A stretch of 64,000 bases of DNA. Origin: Gammaproteobacteria bacterium. Its GTDB lineage: Bacteria; Pseudomonadota; Gammaproteobacteria; Pseudomonadales; Porticoccaceae. The DNA lies in assembly GCA_018069465.1 (NCBI GenBank), contig JAGPUW010000016.1, positions 14,548-78,547 on the forward strand, given 5' to 3'. Under the pieces are notes generated by a model, which saw nothing but the letters and a program-made list of their open reading frames with translations, searched no databases and was not told where the DNA came from. Made by a program: the position numbers and the translations under genes. Shown in pieces: positions 1 to 10,251 of this stretch (positions are counted from its first letter, which is position 1; each line of letters opens with the position of its first letter).

Positions 1-269
1 ATCAACTTGCCGACAAGTTGCATTTGTCGGCGCTTGCCCTCGCGGTTTTTCAGGGTGGCCGCTAGCTCCAGCGCTTCGCGCAGTTCAGCGGTGATGGGCA
101 CTTTGGCAAACTGTTTGGCGGGCAGGGTCAGCAAGGCCTCGCCGGTTTTTTGCAGCGCAGTCATCTCCCTTTTGCGGGAGGACTTACTGATCACTTCCGG
201 CTCGTCGCTCTCTGAGTCGGCGATTTCAGTGTCGCTGGGCATCGTTTTTTTACTGTACTTTTTCGACAT
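1..269 (-). CDS. yjgA: Ribosome-associated protein YjgA/DarP (DUF615), N-terminal part only; the 3' end runs off the window
   Basis: Not in the ORF track because there is no stop in the window. A minus-strand ATG at 269-267 opens an uninterrupted frame to position 1: MSKKYSKKTMPSDTEIADSESDEPEVISKSSRKREMTALQKTGEALLTLPAKQFAKVPITAELREALELAATLKNREGKRRQMQLVGKL. This matches the YjgA family core as I remember it (KRE..ALQ..GE.L..L...QL.KIP....L.EA......K.REG.RRQ.QYIGKL). Confidence 0.7.
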   Translation of the reverse strand, partial: MSKKYSKKTMPSDTEIADSESDEPEVISKSSRKREMTALQKTGEALLTLPAKQFAKVPITAELREALELAATLKNREGKRRQMQLVGKL

Positions 270-341
270 AACAGGGCTGCTTAAGGGTGGGGGCTTCTAA
301 AAAGGTAAGGCGTGTCGAGCTATTGATCGATAAACGGTGCC

Positions 342-1700
342 CTACAGATAAAACAGTGTCGCCAGACCGAGAAAGGATAGAAAGCCGATTACATCGGTCA
401 CGGTGGTCAGCATAACACTACCGGCGAGGGCCGGATCGATGCGGATCGATTTCAAAAATACCGGCAACAGGGCACCGGCGAGGGCGGCGGTGAGCAGGTT
501 GATGACCATCGCTGCGGCGATTATAAAGCCTATCATTGGGGCCTCAAACCACCAGGCGGCAAAGGCACCGATGACCGTCGCCCAGAGCATGGCGTTGAGG
601 GCGCCGGTGAGCACTTCCTTATTGACCAGCCAGCGCAGGTTGTTGCGGTTGATCTGGCCGAGGGCCATGCCCCTGATCACTACGGTCAGGGTTTGGCTAC
701 CGGCGACGCCACCCATGCTGGCGACGATGGGCATGAGAATGGCCAGCGCTACCACTTGTTCAATGGTGCCCTGAAACAGGCTGATCACCGCCGAGGCGAG
801 CACTGCCGTAAACAGGTTGATGCCCAGCCACACGGCCCGTCGTGGCGCTGAGCGGCGCACCGAGGAAAAGGTTTCCTCCTCATCACTGAGGCCGGCGAGG
901 CTCAACAGGGAGTGTTCGGCGTCGTCAATAATGACGTCGACCACGTCATCAATGGTGATGCGCCCGAGCAGCTGACCCTCTTTATTGATCACCGGTGCGG
1001 AAACCCAGTCGTGGCGTTCAAACAGGTGGGCGACATGGGAGGCGTCCATGGTCGCGGCGATACCCTGAATATTGGTGTTCATGATTTCGCGCACGGTGGT
1101 ATTGGGGTTGGAGGTGAGTAGCTTGCTGAGGCTCAGAGTGCCGAGAAACATATCTCGCCGGTTGACCACGAAAATACTGTCGGTGATTTCCGGCAGCTCG
1201 ACGTGGCGGCGCAAATAGCGCAGCACGGCATCAATGGTTAAATCCGGGCGCACGGTGATGGTGTCGGTGTTCATCAAACCACCGGCACTGTCCTCGTCGT
1301 AGGTGAGGACGGTTTCAACCCGCTGGCGATCCTGTTCGCCCATGGTCTGTAGTACTTTGGGGATCAGGTGGTCGGGTAGCTGCTGCAGAATGTCGGCAAC
1401 GTCATCGGGGTCGAGCCCGGCAACCACATTGGCCATTTGCTCGCTGTTCATGCGCAGCAGGAATTCCTGCTGCAGGTCTTCACTGAGTTCGCCCAGTACC
1501 TCGCCTTCCACATCGTCATCAACCAGCTCCCAGAGCAGGCGGCGCACTTTATTGGGCGCAGACTCGATGTAGTGGGCAATATCCGCCGGCATCATATTAT
1601 TAATAATATGGCGCATTTGATGGAGACTGGTGGGGTCGACTATGTCCTCGGACAGCAGCGCGAGCAGGGCGAGCCGGTCGGTGTTGTGATTGGCCTGCAT
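342..1700 (-). CDS. mgtE: Magnesium transporter MgtE
   Basis: 452-aa ORF with the MgtE N-domain, tandem CBS region (ITVRPDLTIDAVLRYLRR, GRITIDDVVDVI) and a C-terminal 5-TM channel domain (PIVASMGGVAGSQTLTVVIRGMALG; DVIGFLSFLGLA). Confidence 0.9.
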   Translation of the reverse strand: MQANHNTDRLALLALLSEDIVDPTSLHQMRHIINNMMPADIAHYIESAPNKVRRLLWELVDDDVEGEVLGELSEDLQQEFLLRMNSEQMANVVAGLDPDDVADILQQLPDHLIPKVLQTMGEQDRQRVETVLTYDEDSAGGLMNTDTITVRPDLTIDAVLRYLRRHVELPEITDSIFVVNRRDMFLGTLSLSKLLTSNPNTTVREIMNTNIQGIAATMDASHVAHLFERHDWVSAPVINKEGQLLGRITIDDVVDVIIDDAEHSLLSLAGLSDEEETFSSVRRSAPRRAVWLGINLFTAVLASAVISLFQGTIEQVVALAILMPIVASMGGVAGSQTLTVVIRGMALGQINRNNLRWLVNKEVLTGALNAMLWATVIGAFAAWWFEAPMIGFIIAAAMVINLLTAALAGALLPVFLKSIRIDPALAGSVMLTTVTDVIGFLSFLGLATLFYL

Positions 1701-1910
1701 GCGGGGCTGGACTCCTGTCGAGGGGAGGGCTAAGTGGCTTTGTTACCAGTCGCTAGTGTACGCAGAGGGGGTGAGGATTTACAGGGAAAGGCACCCGCTC
1801 TGGGTAAAGAGTGTGCGCTAAAGGTGGCTTTAAGGTGTTTTTTTACTGTGCTGTGTACAGCGGTGCTTTCCGTTGGGGGGCTGGGTTGCAAGGCTGCTGC
1901 TGACCTTTTA

Positions 1911-2180
1911 CTACTGGCCCTCGCCAAAATAATCGGTGAGCAAATCTTTGACTTGCACATGGGCTTTCATTTCATCGGCGCCATCGAATTCAAAATGTAG
2001 CACCGTGCCCTGACCGGCAGCCAGTAGCATTAATGACATGACGCTTTTGGCGTCGATCAGCTTGCCGTCGTGGCCGGTTTTAATGGTGCAGGCGAAACGA
2101 TTGCAGGTGGTGGCGAGCTTGGCGGCGGCCCGTGCGTGGAGGCCGAGTTTATTGATGATTTCGAGCTGATCATTAATCAT
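1911..2180 (-). CDS. ptsO: HPr-family phosphocarrier NPr of the nitrogen PTS
   Basis: 89 aa with the HPr signature NKLGLHARAAAKL (active-site His). It sits directly downstream of rapZ/ptsN, as in E. coli and Pseudomonas. Confidence 0.8.
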   Translation of the reverse strand: MINDQLEIINKLGLHARAAAKLATTCNRFACTIKTGHDGKLIDAKSVMSLMLLAAGQGTVLHFEFDGADEMKAHVQVKDLLTDYFGEGQ

Positions 2181-2269
2181 GGGTTAGTAAATGCCATGGC
2201 GGTGCCCGGCTTGTCAAGTTTGGCTGGCGACTTTTTATTGGTGACACGTTGGCGACAAAGGGGCACGGG

Positions 2270-3175
2270 CTAGCTGTCCTGTTCGCGATGCTGAATGTGG
2301 ATGTTACCGAACTGGGGGCGAAATTGTGCCGCCAGCTGATTGCAGATATACACCGAGCGATGCTGGCCGCCGGTGCAGCCGATGGCGATGGTCAAATAAC
2401 TGCGGTTGGTGGCCAGAAAGCGCGGAATCCAGCGAGTCAGGAAACCATTGAGGTCGGCGAGCATGGCGGCGACATCAGTTTGCGAGTCGAGAAACTCGAT
2501 CACCGCTTGATCGCCGCCATTGAAGGAGCGCAGCTCGGGTTTCCAGTAGGGGTTGGGCAGGCAGCGCACATCGAAAACAAAATCGGCATCGCTGGGTACG
2601 CCGCGCTTAAAGGCAAAGGACTGGAACACCACGGCCATTTCACCGCCTTTTTCCGGCGCGATCTGCTTTTTGATCAGGTCGCGCAACTGGTGCAGGGTCA
2701 TGTTACTGGTGTCGATGTGGCGACTGGCGATGGAGGCAATGGGGTCGAGTAGGTCACGCTCCAGGGCAATCGCCTGTTTTAAGTCAATGGTGGGGGAGCT
2801 TAGGGGATGGCGCCGGCGGGTCTCGCTAAAGCGACGTATGAGACTGGGTGTGCGGGCGTCGAGAAACAGCACCTCGCAATTAATACCGGACTCACTCAGT
2901 TTGTCGAGGATGTCGGGCAGTTGCTCAAGCTTGCCGAGCAGGTTGCGGGCGTCGATGCCGACGGCAATTTTCAGTTCGTCGCGCTCGCGGTGTTCGCGTA
3001 TCTGCTCCAGCAAATTGACCAGCATGCTGGCGGGTAAATTGTCGATGCAGGTATAACCGACGTCTTCGAGTACGTGCAGGGCGGTACTTTTACCCGAGCC
3101 AGAGCGGCCGCTGATAACAATCAGGCGGGTGTTGTTGGGGCTCTCACTCTCAGTGGGCTCTGCAGGGCAGCTCAT
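2270..3175 (-). CDS. rapZ: RNase adapter protein RapZ (YhbJ), P-loop NTPase
   Basis: 301 aa with Walker A GRSGSGKST, conserved FLDA and RCLPNPYW motifs and C-terminal IGCTGGQHRSV. Conserved position after ptsN. Confidence 0.9.
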   Translation of the reverse strand: MSCPAEPTESESPNNTRLIVISGRSGSGKSTALHVLEDVGYTCIDNLPASMLVNLLEQIREHRERDELKIAVGIDARNLLGKLEQLPDILDKLSESGINCEVLFLDARTPSLIRRFSETRRRHPLSSPTIDLKQAIALERDLLDPIASIASRHIDTSNMTLHQLRDLIKKQIAPEKGGEMAVVFQSFAFKRGVPSDADFVFDVRCLPNPYWKPELRSFNGGDQAVIEFLDSQTDVAAMLADLNGFLTRWIPRFLATNRSYLTIAIGCTGGQHRSVYICNQLAAQFRPQFGNIHIQHREQDS

Positions 3176-3176
3176 C

Positions 3177-3629
3177 TTAGTGGGCGCCGATCGCTATTTG
3201 ATAGAGGGTGTTGTTGTTGGAACAGCTGCGCAGTTGCTGGCGCACCTCGCTGGATTGCAGCAATTCGGCGATCGCGGAAAGGGTTTGCAGGTGTTCGTCA
3301 TTTTGTTCGTCGGGCACCACCAGGGCGAAAATCAAATCGACGGGCTCGCCGTCAATGGCATCGAAATCGACAGCGCTGTTGAGTTTTAGCAGGATGCCGG
3401 TGATGCGCGGGCAGCCACTGAGGCGGCAGTGGGGCACGGCGATGCCCTCGCCAATGCCCGTGCTGCCCAGTCGTTCCCGCTTCAACAGTTCGTGATAGAG
3501 ATGGTTGGCATCGATAAATTCCGTGTGCTCGGAAAAAAAGTCAGCAATAAACTCCAGCACCCGCTTCTTGCTGACACCTGGTGCGTCACAACGGGTTCTG
3601 TCGGGGGAGAGAACGTCTGCAATGTTCAT
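3177..3629 (-). CDS. ptsN: PTS IIA-like nitrogen regulatory protein PtsN (EIIA-Ntr)
   Basis: 150 aa with an EIIA fold and the phosphorylatable-His motif GIGEGIAVPHCR. Lies in the rpoN operon context. Confidence 0.85.
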   Translation of the reverse strand: MNIADVLSPDRTRCDAPGVSKKRVLEFIADFFSEHTEFIDANHLYHELLKRERLGSTGIGEGIAVPHCRLSGCPRITGILLKLNSAVDFDAIDGEPVDLIFALVVPDEQNDEHLQTLSAIAELLQSSEVRQQLRSCSNNNTLYQIAIGAH

Positions 3630-3638
3630 GGCTGCCTG

Positions 3639-3926
3639 TTAACGCCCACGGAGTTTTTCTTTGCGCTTAATTAACTGGCGGTCGAGCTTGTCGGCGAGAC
3701 CATCGATGGCTGCGTAAAGGTCTTCGTTTTCACAGTGGGCAAAGAGTTCGCTGCCGCTGGCGTGGATGGTTGCCTCGGCTTTTTGCACCAGTTTGTCGAC
3801 CGAAAGAATGACCGCGACACTGGTGATTTTGTCGTTGTGGTGCTCAAGTCGGGTGAGTTTGCTGGTGACGTAGTCGCGAATAGCGTCGGTAATGTCGAGA
3901 TGGTGTCCGCTAATATTTAGTTGCAT
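3639..3926 (-). CDS. hpf: Ribosome hibernation promoting factor (short HPF/YhbH type)
   Basis: 95 aa, MQLNISGHHLDITDAIRDYV... is the typical sigma-54 modulation/RaiA family N-terminus. Immediately downstream of rpoN. Confidence 0.85.
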   Translation of the reverse strand: MQLNISGHHLDITDAIRDYVTSKLTRLEHHNDKITSVAVILSVDKLVQKAEATIHASGSELFAHCENEDLYAAIDGLADKLDRQLIKRKEKLRGR

Positions 3927-3962
3927 GCGGTGCTCCTTGTGCTGGGGGTTAGTGATGACAAA

Positions 3963-5537
3963 TTAGTGACTCTGCTTAAAGCGTTTGCGGTCACTGGAGG
4001 AGGGAATATTAAGACTTTCCCTGTATTTTGCAACGGTGCGACGGGCCACTTGAATGCCTTCTGTTTGCAGCAGGGTGGCGAGCTTACTGTCGCTTAAGGG
4101 CTTGCTGGTGGGTTCGTCGGCAATTATGCGTTTGAGCATAGCGCGAATCGCCGTCGATGAGCACTCCCCGCCAGCAGCGGTATTGACGTGACTGGAAAAG
4201 AAGTACTTCAACTCGAAGATGCCGCGCGGGGTGTCGAGATATTTTTGCGTGGTGACGCGGGAGATGGTCGATTCGTGTAGCTCGAGTTGCTCCGCCACGT
4301 CGGCCAGCACCAGCGGTTTCATCGCCTCCGGGCCCTTTTCGAGAAATTCTTGCTGCATTTCAACGATGCAGCGACTGACCCGCAGCAAGGTGTCGTTGCG
4401 GCTTTCGAGGCTGCGTAAAAACCAGCGCGCCTCCTGCAGGTTGTTGCGCAGGAAAGTGTTGTCCTTGCTGTCATTGGCGCGCTGCACCAGCCCGGCATAT
4501 TCCTGATTGATGCACAGGCGCGGCGCGATATCGCCGTTCAGCGTCACCAGCCAGTGGCCGTGGATCTTCTGTACGCTGGCATCGGGCACCACATAGTCGG
4601 CATCGCCGCTGGCAATGCATTCACCGGGGCGGGGTGAGAGGCTTTGAATGAGCCGGATTGCCGCTTCGATGGCGTCCTGCTCAAGCCCGGTTTTGCGGCT
4701 CAATAAGGGGAAGTTGCGCTCGGCGACAAGGTCGAGGTACTGAGCGCTGAGCAGTTTGGCCTCATCGAGAGAGGGGGTTTCCGGGCTCAGCTGGTTGAGC
4801 TGAATTAACAGACAGTCACTGAGGTCGCTGGCGGCAACACCGGGGGGGTCGAACTGCTGAATGCGGTGTAGTACGGCGAGGACTTCTTCGAGTACCAGGC
4901 CCTCCTCATCACTGGGTGCCAGTGCCCCCTCTTCGCTTGAGGGCTCTGCGCTGGGGTTCTCTGTGGCGCTATTTTCGACGTCGTCATTGCCGGGGGCTGC
5001 GGGCAGGGCACCTGTCAGGGATTGGGCCATAGCTTGCCAGAGCTCTTCAACAGTGGTTTCCAGAAAGCCATTGTCATCGATATTGTCGATCAACGTGGTG
5101 GCAATCAGGCGGTCGAGGTCTGACATGGGCGTCAGGTTGAGTTGCCAAAGCAGGTGGTCCTGAAGGGATTCGGTAACGCTGTGGTAGCTCTCGAAATCGC
5201 GGTTGTCACTGCTCGGCGCGGAGCTGGTGGCAGCCGGTGCCGCCGGGTAGATGTCGTCCCACTGGGCGTCGACCGGCAGCTCGTTGGGGATTTCTTTGCT
5301 CCACTCGTCCGGAGTGTCGCCGTTGTCGGCGATCTCATTGGCGAGTTGTTCGTTGGAGACTTCTTCCGGCTCGGGCTCGATTTCTTCAGCCAGTTCGAGC
5401 AGGGGGTTGGAGTACAGGGTTTGCTGAATTTCGAGGCGCAGGTCGAGGGATGAAAGCTGGAGTAACTTGATGGCCTGCTGTAATTGCGGGGTCATCGACA
5501 GCTGTTGACCCATTCGTAGTTGCAGGCTTTGCTTCAT
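3963..5537 (-). CDS. rpoN: RNA polymerase sigma-54 factor RpoN
   Basis: 524 aa with region I MKQSLQLRMGQQLSMTPQLQQAIKLLQLS, an acidic region II, and a C-terminal HTH plus RpoN box (ARRTVAKYRE). Confidence 0.95.
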   Translation of the reverse strand: MKQSLQLRMGQQLSMTPQLQQAIKLLQLSSLDLRLEIQQTLYSNPLLELAEEIEPEPEEVSNEQLANEIADNGDTPDEWSKEIPNELPVDAQWDDIYPAAPAATSSAPSSDNRDFESYHSVTESLQDHLLWQLNLTPMSDLDRLIATTLIDNIDDNGFLETTVEELWQAMAQSLTGALPAAPGNDDVENSATENPSAEPSSEEGALAPSDEEGLVLEEVLAVLHRIQQFDPPGVAASDLSDCLLIQLNQLSPETPSLDEAKLLSAQYLDLVAERNFPLLSRKTGLEQDAIEAAIRLIQSLSPRPGECIASGDADYVVPDASVQKIHGHWLVTLNGDIAPRLCINQEYAGLVQRANDSKDNTFLRNNLQEARWFLRSLESRNDTLLRVSRCIVEMQQEFLEKGPEAMKPLVLADVAEQLELHESTISRVTTQKYLDTPRGIFELKYFFSSHVNTAAGGECSSTAIRAMLKRIIADEPTSKPLSDSKLATLLQTEGIQVARRTVAKYRESLNIPSSSDRKRFKQSH

Positions 5538-5705
5538 GTAATCGTTAGGCCTTTTTTAGTTGGATGATGACTAGAGTGTAGACCGAGTTAGAGTGGGGAT
5601 CAATTGGCTAGCAAGTAATGTGCCGCTGGTTTGATGGATGTCACTTGCAGGCTAGAGCGCGGTGCATATTGTTGTCTGCCGGGGCAGACAAATTAGAGAA
5701 AACAA

Positions 5706-6431
5706 CTAGAGTGAAAAATCCTCGCCCAGATAGACGCGGCGGACATCCGGATTGTCGAGGATGGCGCTGGCGTTGCCCTCGGCGAGCACGCAGCCATCGT
5801 TGACGATGTAGGCGTGCTCGCAGATGTCGAGAGTCTCTCTGACATTGTGATCGGTAATCAGCACACCAATGCCACGCTCTTTGAGGTGGCAAATAATGTT
5901 CTTAATATCATTCACCGAAATGGGATCGACACCGGCAAAGGGTTCGTCGAGCAGCACAAAGGCGGGCTCCATCGCCAGCGCTCGGGCGATTTCGACCCGC
6001 CGCCGCTCGCCGCCGGAGAGGCTCATGCCCTGGCTTGTGCGGATATGGGTGATGTGAAATTCCTGTAATAGCTCCTCCAGTTTGTCGCGGCGATGTGCTG
6101 CTGTGAGTTGGGGGCGGGTTTCGAGGATGGCCATAATGTTTTTTTCCACCGTCAGGCGGCGAAATACTGAAGCCTCCTGGGGCAGGTAGCCAATGCCCCG
6201 GCGCGCGCGGTGGTGCATTGGCAGGTGGGTGATGTCTTCCTCGTCAATCATAATGCGTCCGGCATCCTGCTTGACCAGACCGACTATCATATAAAAGCAG
6301 GTGGTTTTACCGGCGCCATTGGGGCCGAGCAGGCCGACGATCTGGCCGCTGGATACGCTCAGCGAAACATCGCTCACCACGGCGCGTTTTTTGTAGCTCT
6401 TGGCCAGGTTTAGGGCTTGTAGCTGGGCCAT
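5706..6431 (-). CDS. lptB: LPS export ABC transporter ATPase LptB
   Basis: 241 aa with Walker [10 protein letters not shown], signature LSGGERRR and Walker [11 protein letters not shown]. Its start overlaps the lptA stop by 1 nt. Confidence 0.95.
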   Translation of the reverse strand: MAQLQALNLAKSYKKRAVVSDVSLSVSSGQIVGLLGPNGAGKTTCFYMIVGLVKQDAGRIMIDEEDITHLPMHHRARRGIGYLPQEASVFRRLTVEKNIMAILETRPQLTAAHRRDKLEELLQEFHITHIRTSQGMSLSGGERRRVEIARALAMEPAFVLLDEPFAGVDPISVNDIKNIICHLKERGIGVLITDHNVRETLDICEHAYIVNDGCVLAEGNASAILDNPDVRRVYLGEDFSL

Positions 6432-7039
6432 TAATGACTATCCTTTTGTGCGTCTGGCGCTTGTTCGGGGGCTGTTGTTTCGCTTGGGCTTTGCTCACCG
6501 GCGGCATTCTCGTCGGTTTTTCCTGCCGCTGGCTGGCTGGCCGGAATGACCATATGCACCCGCTGCTGATTGTTGTCGCTGCCGCGGGCCTCGACCAGCT
6601 CTGCCTTCAGGTCGTAATTAATATGATCGCCTTTGAGGATTGAGCCCTGCTGCTCAAGGCTGGCATTTTTGATCAGGGTAATGGTCTCTGTGTCGAGGTA
6701 ATACTCAATGGTATTGGCGCGGGCGTTGACTAGCCCGTCCTCGGGATTGGGTTGTTGCTGGTAGTGGGCCGGTGCGCCGATGCAGATGATTTTATTGGCC
6801 TGGCCATCCGTCGAATGAATGGTCACCTGTTCGGCCTCGATGAGCATGGTGCCCTGCTTAATGATGACCGAACCCTGATAGTCGGTGATGCCGGTTTTTT
6901 CATTGATCTGCGCGCGGTCGGCTTCGACGGTAATGGTGGCCTGTCGATCCTCGGGCAGGGCGAGGGTGGTGGTGGCGAAAAACACACCGAGCAGGCAGAG
7001 CAGGCCTGGCAGCGAGGTAAAAAACTTAATGGTAGGCAT
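6431..7039 (-). CDS. lptA: LPS transport periplasmic protein LptA (start moved to the internal ATG at 7039)
   Basis: The ORF track gives 6431..7258, but the first 73 codons overlap lptC and look non-protein-like. From M74 the protein starts with a signal peptide, [27 protein letters not shown], followed by OstA/LptA beta-jellyroll repeats ([15 protein letters not shown]...[22 protein letters not shown]). Confidence 0.8.
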   Translation of the reverse strand: MPTIKFFTSLPGLLCLLGVFFATTTLALPEDRQATITVEADRAQINEKTGITDYQGSVIIKQGTMLIEAEQVTIHSTDGQANKIICIGAPAHYQQQPNPEDGLVNARANTIEYYLDTETITLIKNASLEQQGSILKGDHINYDLKAELVEARGSDNNQQRVHMVIPASQPAAGKTDENAAGEQSPSETTAPEQAPDAQKDSH

Positions 7040-7616
7040 GGTGTCGACCCTTGACCCGGGAGAGTATCTGGTAAGTTTGTGCGGCAAAATCACCTTTAAA
7101 ACCAGTGCCATTGACCTTGTGTCCCGGCGTTTTAAAGGAAATGGGCTTGTCGGTATTGGCTTGCTGGCTGTCGGGATAGTAGCTGAGAAAGGGTGTCGCA
7201 ATTTCGGTTTTTTGGCCTGACTTGGCCGGCCCCACCTGTTGCCATGCATACACTTCACCGCGCATATCTATCTGCTGGCCGCTGTTGAGAATAACACTCT
7301 GTGCGGCGCTTAGGTGCCAGGGCTGCTCGCCTTCTTTACTGCCGTGGGCTAGCACCTGGGGGACGGCCATCACAAAGCGATTCTGGGCCTGAAAGTATTC
7401 GCCCTCGGTCGAGGTCAGTACAAATGCCGGGCGACCCTGTGCGTTAAATTTACGGGTCACGGTGCTCTTCATGTAGCTGTCGGCGCTGGATAAGGCGGAC
7501 ACGGGAGGCTGCTTTTTACCCATAAAGATTTCTGGTTTGGAATCCCAGAAAATAACGAAGGCCGCCAGTGCGATGACGAGCAGGCCCGCCATGACGGCAT
7601 TTTTTAGGGATAACAC
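7026..7616 (-). CDS. lptC: LPS export system protein LptC
   Basis: 196 aa from a GTG start. It has a single N-terminal TM anchor (AVMAGLLVIALAAFVIF) and then a beta-rich periplasmic domain. It holds the conserved kdsC-lptC-lptA-lptB position. Confidence 0.75.
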   Translation of the reverse strand: MLSLKNAVMAGLLVIALAAFVIFWDSKPEIFMGKKQPPVSALSSADSYMKSTVTRKFNAQGRPAFVLTSTEGEYFQAQNRFVMAVPQVLAHGSKEGEQPWHLSAAQSVILNSGQQIDMRGEVYAWQQVGPAKSGQKTEIATPFLSYYPDSQQANTDKPISFKTPGHKVNGTGFKGDFAAQTYQILSRVKGRHHAYH

Positions 7617-7672
7617 GGCTTACACACTCGGCATCTGTGAGGCCCTGGTCGAGCTATCACTTGTTCGCGCTT

Positions 7673-8200
7673 TCAAAGGAAGGGCTCAATAGCTTGCGCA
7701 AATTTGTCCTGCGCTTTGAGTATAAATTCGGCTGCCTCGCGCACCGCGCCACGACCGCCGTCTCGGCGCGACTGCCAGCGTGCATGTTCGGCAACGGTGG
7801 GGTTGGCGTTGGCCACAGTCATGCCCAGGCCGACACGGCGTATCACCGCTAAATCGGGTAAGTCATCGCCCATGTAGGCAATTTCATCGAAGCTGTATGT
7901 GCTGTCTGCCAGCAGTTCGTTGAGGGCGCTGAGCTTGTCTTCGCGGCCCTGGATGACACGGCTGATGCCGAGCTCGTCGCTGCGCCGCGATAATAAGTTG
8001 GAGCTGCGCCCGGTAATAATGGCGACTTCAATACCGGCCCCTTGCAGCAGTTTGATGCCCAGACCGTCCTGAATGTTAAAGGCTTTCAGCTCGTCACCAC
8101 TGTTGCTGTAGTAGATGCTGCCATCGGTGAGCACGCCGTCGACATCGAGCACCAGCAGACGGATTTTTTGGGCGGCGAGTTGGCTATTGGCAAGATTCAT
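7673..8200 (-). CDS. kdsC: 3-deoxy-D-manno-octulosonate 8-phosphate phosphatase KdsC (HAD family)
   Basis: 175 aa with HAD motif I LLVLDVDGVLTDG and motif YMGDDLPD. Conserved neighbour of kdsD. Confidence 0.85.
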   Translation of the reverse strand: MNLANSQLAAQKIRLLVLDVDGVLTDGSIYYSNSGDELKAFNIQDGLGIKLLQGAGIEVAIITGRSSNLLSRRSDELGISRVIQGREDKLSALNELLADSTYSFDEIAYMGDDLPDLAVIRRVGLGMTVANANPTVAEHARWQSRRDGGRGAVREAAEFILKAQDKFAQAIEPFL

Positions 8201-8227
8201 TGATGGCTTCCGTTGATAGGCATCCCG

Positions 8228-9199
8228 CTAGATAACACCAGCACGCAAGATGTCGTGCATATGTAAGACGCCGAGGGGGTGGTGGGCCTCGTCTTCGACC
8301 ACCAGGGCGGTTATTTTTTTGCTTTCCATAATATTCAGCGCCTGGGCGGCGAGTATGTTGGCGTCGATGGCATTGCCGCCGCGGGTCATCACCGTGCCGA
8401 TAGTCGCCTGGTTAATGTCGATCTGATTGTCGATCACGCGGCGTAAATCGCCATCGGTAAAGACGCCGATCAAGGTGTTTTGCTCATCGACAACAGTCGT
8501 CAGGCCAAAGCCTTTGGCGGTCATTTCCAGTAAGGCATCCTTGAGCAGGGTGTTCTCATTGACGCGGGGCACCTCATCGCCGCTGTGCATAATGTCGCAC
8601 ACCCGCAGCAGGAGCTTGCGGCCCAGTGCGCCACCGGGGTGGGAGAAGGCGAAATCTTCTGCCGTAAAGCCCCGCGCTTCGAGCAGGGCGATAGCCAGGG
8701 CATCGCCCATGACCAGTGTCACCGTGGTACTGGTGGTGGGCGCGAGGTTGAGAGGGCAGGCTTCCTCGTCGACGCTGACATCGAGGTTGACGTCAGCGGC
8801 TTCGGATAACAGAGATTGCGGGTTACCCGTCATGCTGATCAGGGGAATATTGAGGCGTTTGATGAGCGGCAGCAGTGTGACTACTTCGGCTGTTTTACCC
8901 GAGTTGGAGATGGCGATCACCACGTCATCGCGAGTGATCATGCCCAGATCGCCGTGGCTGGCTTCGCCGGGGTGAACAAAGAAAGCGGGTGAGCCGGTGC
9001 TGGCCAGTGTCGAGGCAATCTTATTGCCTATATGACCCGACTTACCCATGCCGGTGACGATGATGCGACCCTTGCAGTTGATGACTAACTGGCAGGCCCG
9101 AGTGAAGTCGCCATCAATGCGCGCTGCCAGTGCGGCAACGGCGCGAGCTTCGAGGCCAATGGTGCGCAGGGCCGAGGCGTTAAAGTCGAATTCACTCAT
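8228..9199 (-). CDS. kdsD: Arabinose-5-phosphate isomerase KdsD (SIS plus tandem CBS)
   Basis: SIS motifs GMGKSGHIG and AISNSGKT plus C-terminal CBS pairs. The track ORF starts at a TTG (9256). The first ATG at 9199 (MSEFDFNASALRT...) gives the usual length (323 aa). Confidence 0.9.
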   Translation of the reverse strand: MSEFDFNASALRTIGLEARAVAALAARIDGDFTRACQLVINCKGRIIVTGMGKSGHIGNKIASTLASTGSPAFFVHPGEASHGDLGMITRDDVVIAISNSGKTAEVVTLLPLIKRLNIPLISMTGNPQSLLSEAADVNLDVSVDEEACPLNLAPTTSTTVTLVMGDALAIALLEARGFTAEDFAFSHPGGALGRKLLLRVCDIMHSGDEVPRVNENTLLKDALLEMTAKGFGLTTVVDEQNTLIGVFTDGDLRRVIDNQIDINQATIGTVMTRGGNAIDANILAAQALNIMESKKITALVVEDEAHHPLGVLHMHDILRAGVI

Positions 9200-9258
9200 C
9201 GAGGCAGTATCCTGATTTAATCCTAGGGGCGGGAGTATAGCGGTCGGCCGCGACAAGG

Positions 9259-10251
9259 TCAGCTCGTCGGCAGGAGAACGACAAAATACAAGACATAAAG
9301 TACTAGCATGACGCCGCCAAATTTTCGCGAGAGGTGGACGGTGGTCGCATGATGAGGCAGTTTTCTTTTCCTGAAGTAATGCACAGCGATGCTGCCGAGC
9401 AGTAGCAGGGTAAGTGCTGTGACGGCGAGGTAGTCGCGATAAAACACGGCGCCATCGAGTTGCAGGGGTGAAATAACACCGGCAATGGGCATTACGGCGA
9501 GGAAGTTGAATAAGTTGGAGCCAAACACATTGCCAATGGCGATATCGTGATGGCCGCGCAGGGCACTGGTCACCGAGGCGGCGAGTTCTGGCAGGCTGGT
9601 GCCGATGGCGACCACGGTCAAGCCGATAACCAGCTCGCTAATACCCATTTGGGCGGCGGTAGTGATGGCACCCCAGACGAGGATTTTTGAGCTCAGCAGC
9701 ATCACTAGCAGGCCGATAATAAACCACATCGCCGCAGCGCCATTGGAGGTGGTGGCGATCTCCTCCACTTCGGCCACTTCTTCTGCGTCGGGGTGCTGGA
9801 CCTTGTATTTCACCGTCACCCAAAGCAACAGCGGGATCAGCAGCAGCATCACCAGGCTTTCCGTGCGCCCCAGACTTTGATCGTAGAGGCAGTAGCCCGC
9901 CAGAGCGGTAACGAACAGCAAGACTGGCCCCTCCTGAAAAACCAGGTGGCGCTGGGCGGGCAGGGGCGCGATTAAGGCGGTGACCCCGAGCACCAGACCG
10001 ATGTTGGCCAAATTGCTGCCCAGGGCATTGCCCACGGCGAGAGTCCCGGAGCCCTCCAGCGCGGCGTTGATGGAGACGATGATCTCCGGCGCAGAGGTGC
10101 CGATGGAGACGACGGTGAGGCCGATCACCATGGGCGCAATGCCAAAGTTTTTCGCTGCGCTGGCGGCGCCAACAACAAAGCGGTCGGCACCCCATACCAG
10201 GCCAATAAGGCCGGCAATGATTGCCATGTAGGCCGGCAGTAGCTCATTCAT
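9259..10251 (-). CDS. yrbG: CaCA-family Na+/Ca2+ (cation) antiporter, YrbG-like
   Basis: 330 aa, polytopic, with the two alpha-repeat motifs GTSAPEI and GTSLPEL followed by GNALGSN / GNVFGSN. Confidence 0.8.
   Translation of the reverse strand: MNELLPAYMAIIAGLIGLVWGADRFVVGAASAAKNFGIAPMVIGLTVVSIGTSAPEIIVSINAALEGSGTLAVGNALGSNLANIGLVLGVTALIAPLPAQRHLVFQEGPVLLFVTALAGYCLYDQSLGRTESLVMLLLIPLLLWVTVKYKVQHPDAEEVAEVEEIATTSNGAAAMWFIIGLLVMLLSSKILVWGAITTAAQMGISELVIGLTVVAIGTSLPELAASVTSALRGHHDIAIGNVFGSNLFNFLAVMPIAGVISPLQLDGAVFYRDYLAVTALTLLLLGSIAVHYFRKRKLPHHATTVHLSRKFGGVMLVLYVLYFVVLLPTS

Noticed and set aside
6431-7258. The full 275-aa version of the lptA ORF, starting at 7258
   Set aside because: Its first 73 codons overlap lptC in another frame and read as Pro/Arg/Ser-rich low-complexity text. 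A signal peptide appears only after the internal ATG at 7039. The extension is treated as read-in, not as a real N-terminus.
9638-10195. A 185-aa ORF on the same strand as yrbG in another frame. The same applies to similar long alternative-frame or antisense ORFs inside other genes: 2249..2752, 2553..3056, 8427..8975, 17492..18118, 23282..23956, 23990..24565, 31058..31651, 33329..33866 and 35128..35601.
   Set aside because: They lie entirely inside well-supported conserved genes, are rich in Arg/Gly/Pro/Ala as expected for off-frame GC-rich DNA, and show no recognisable motifs. These are typical shadow ORFs.
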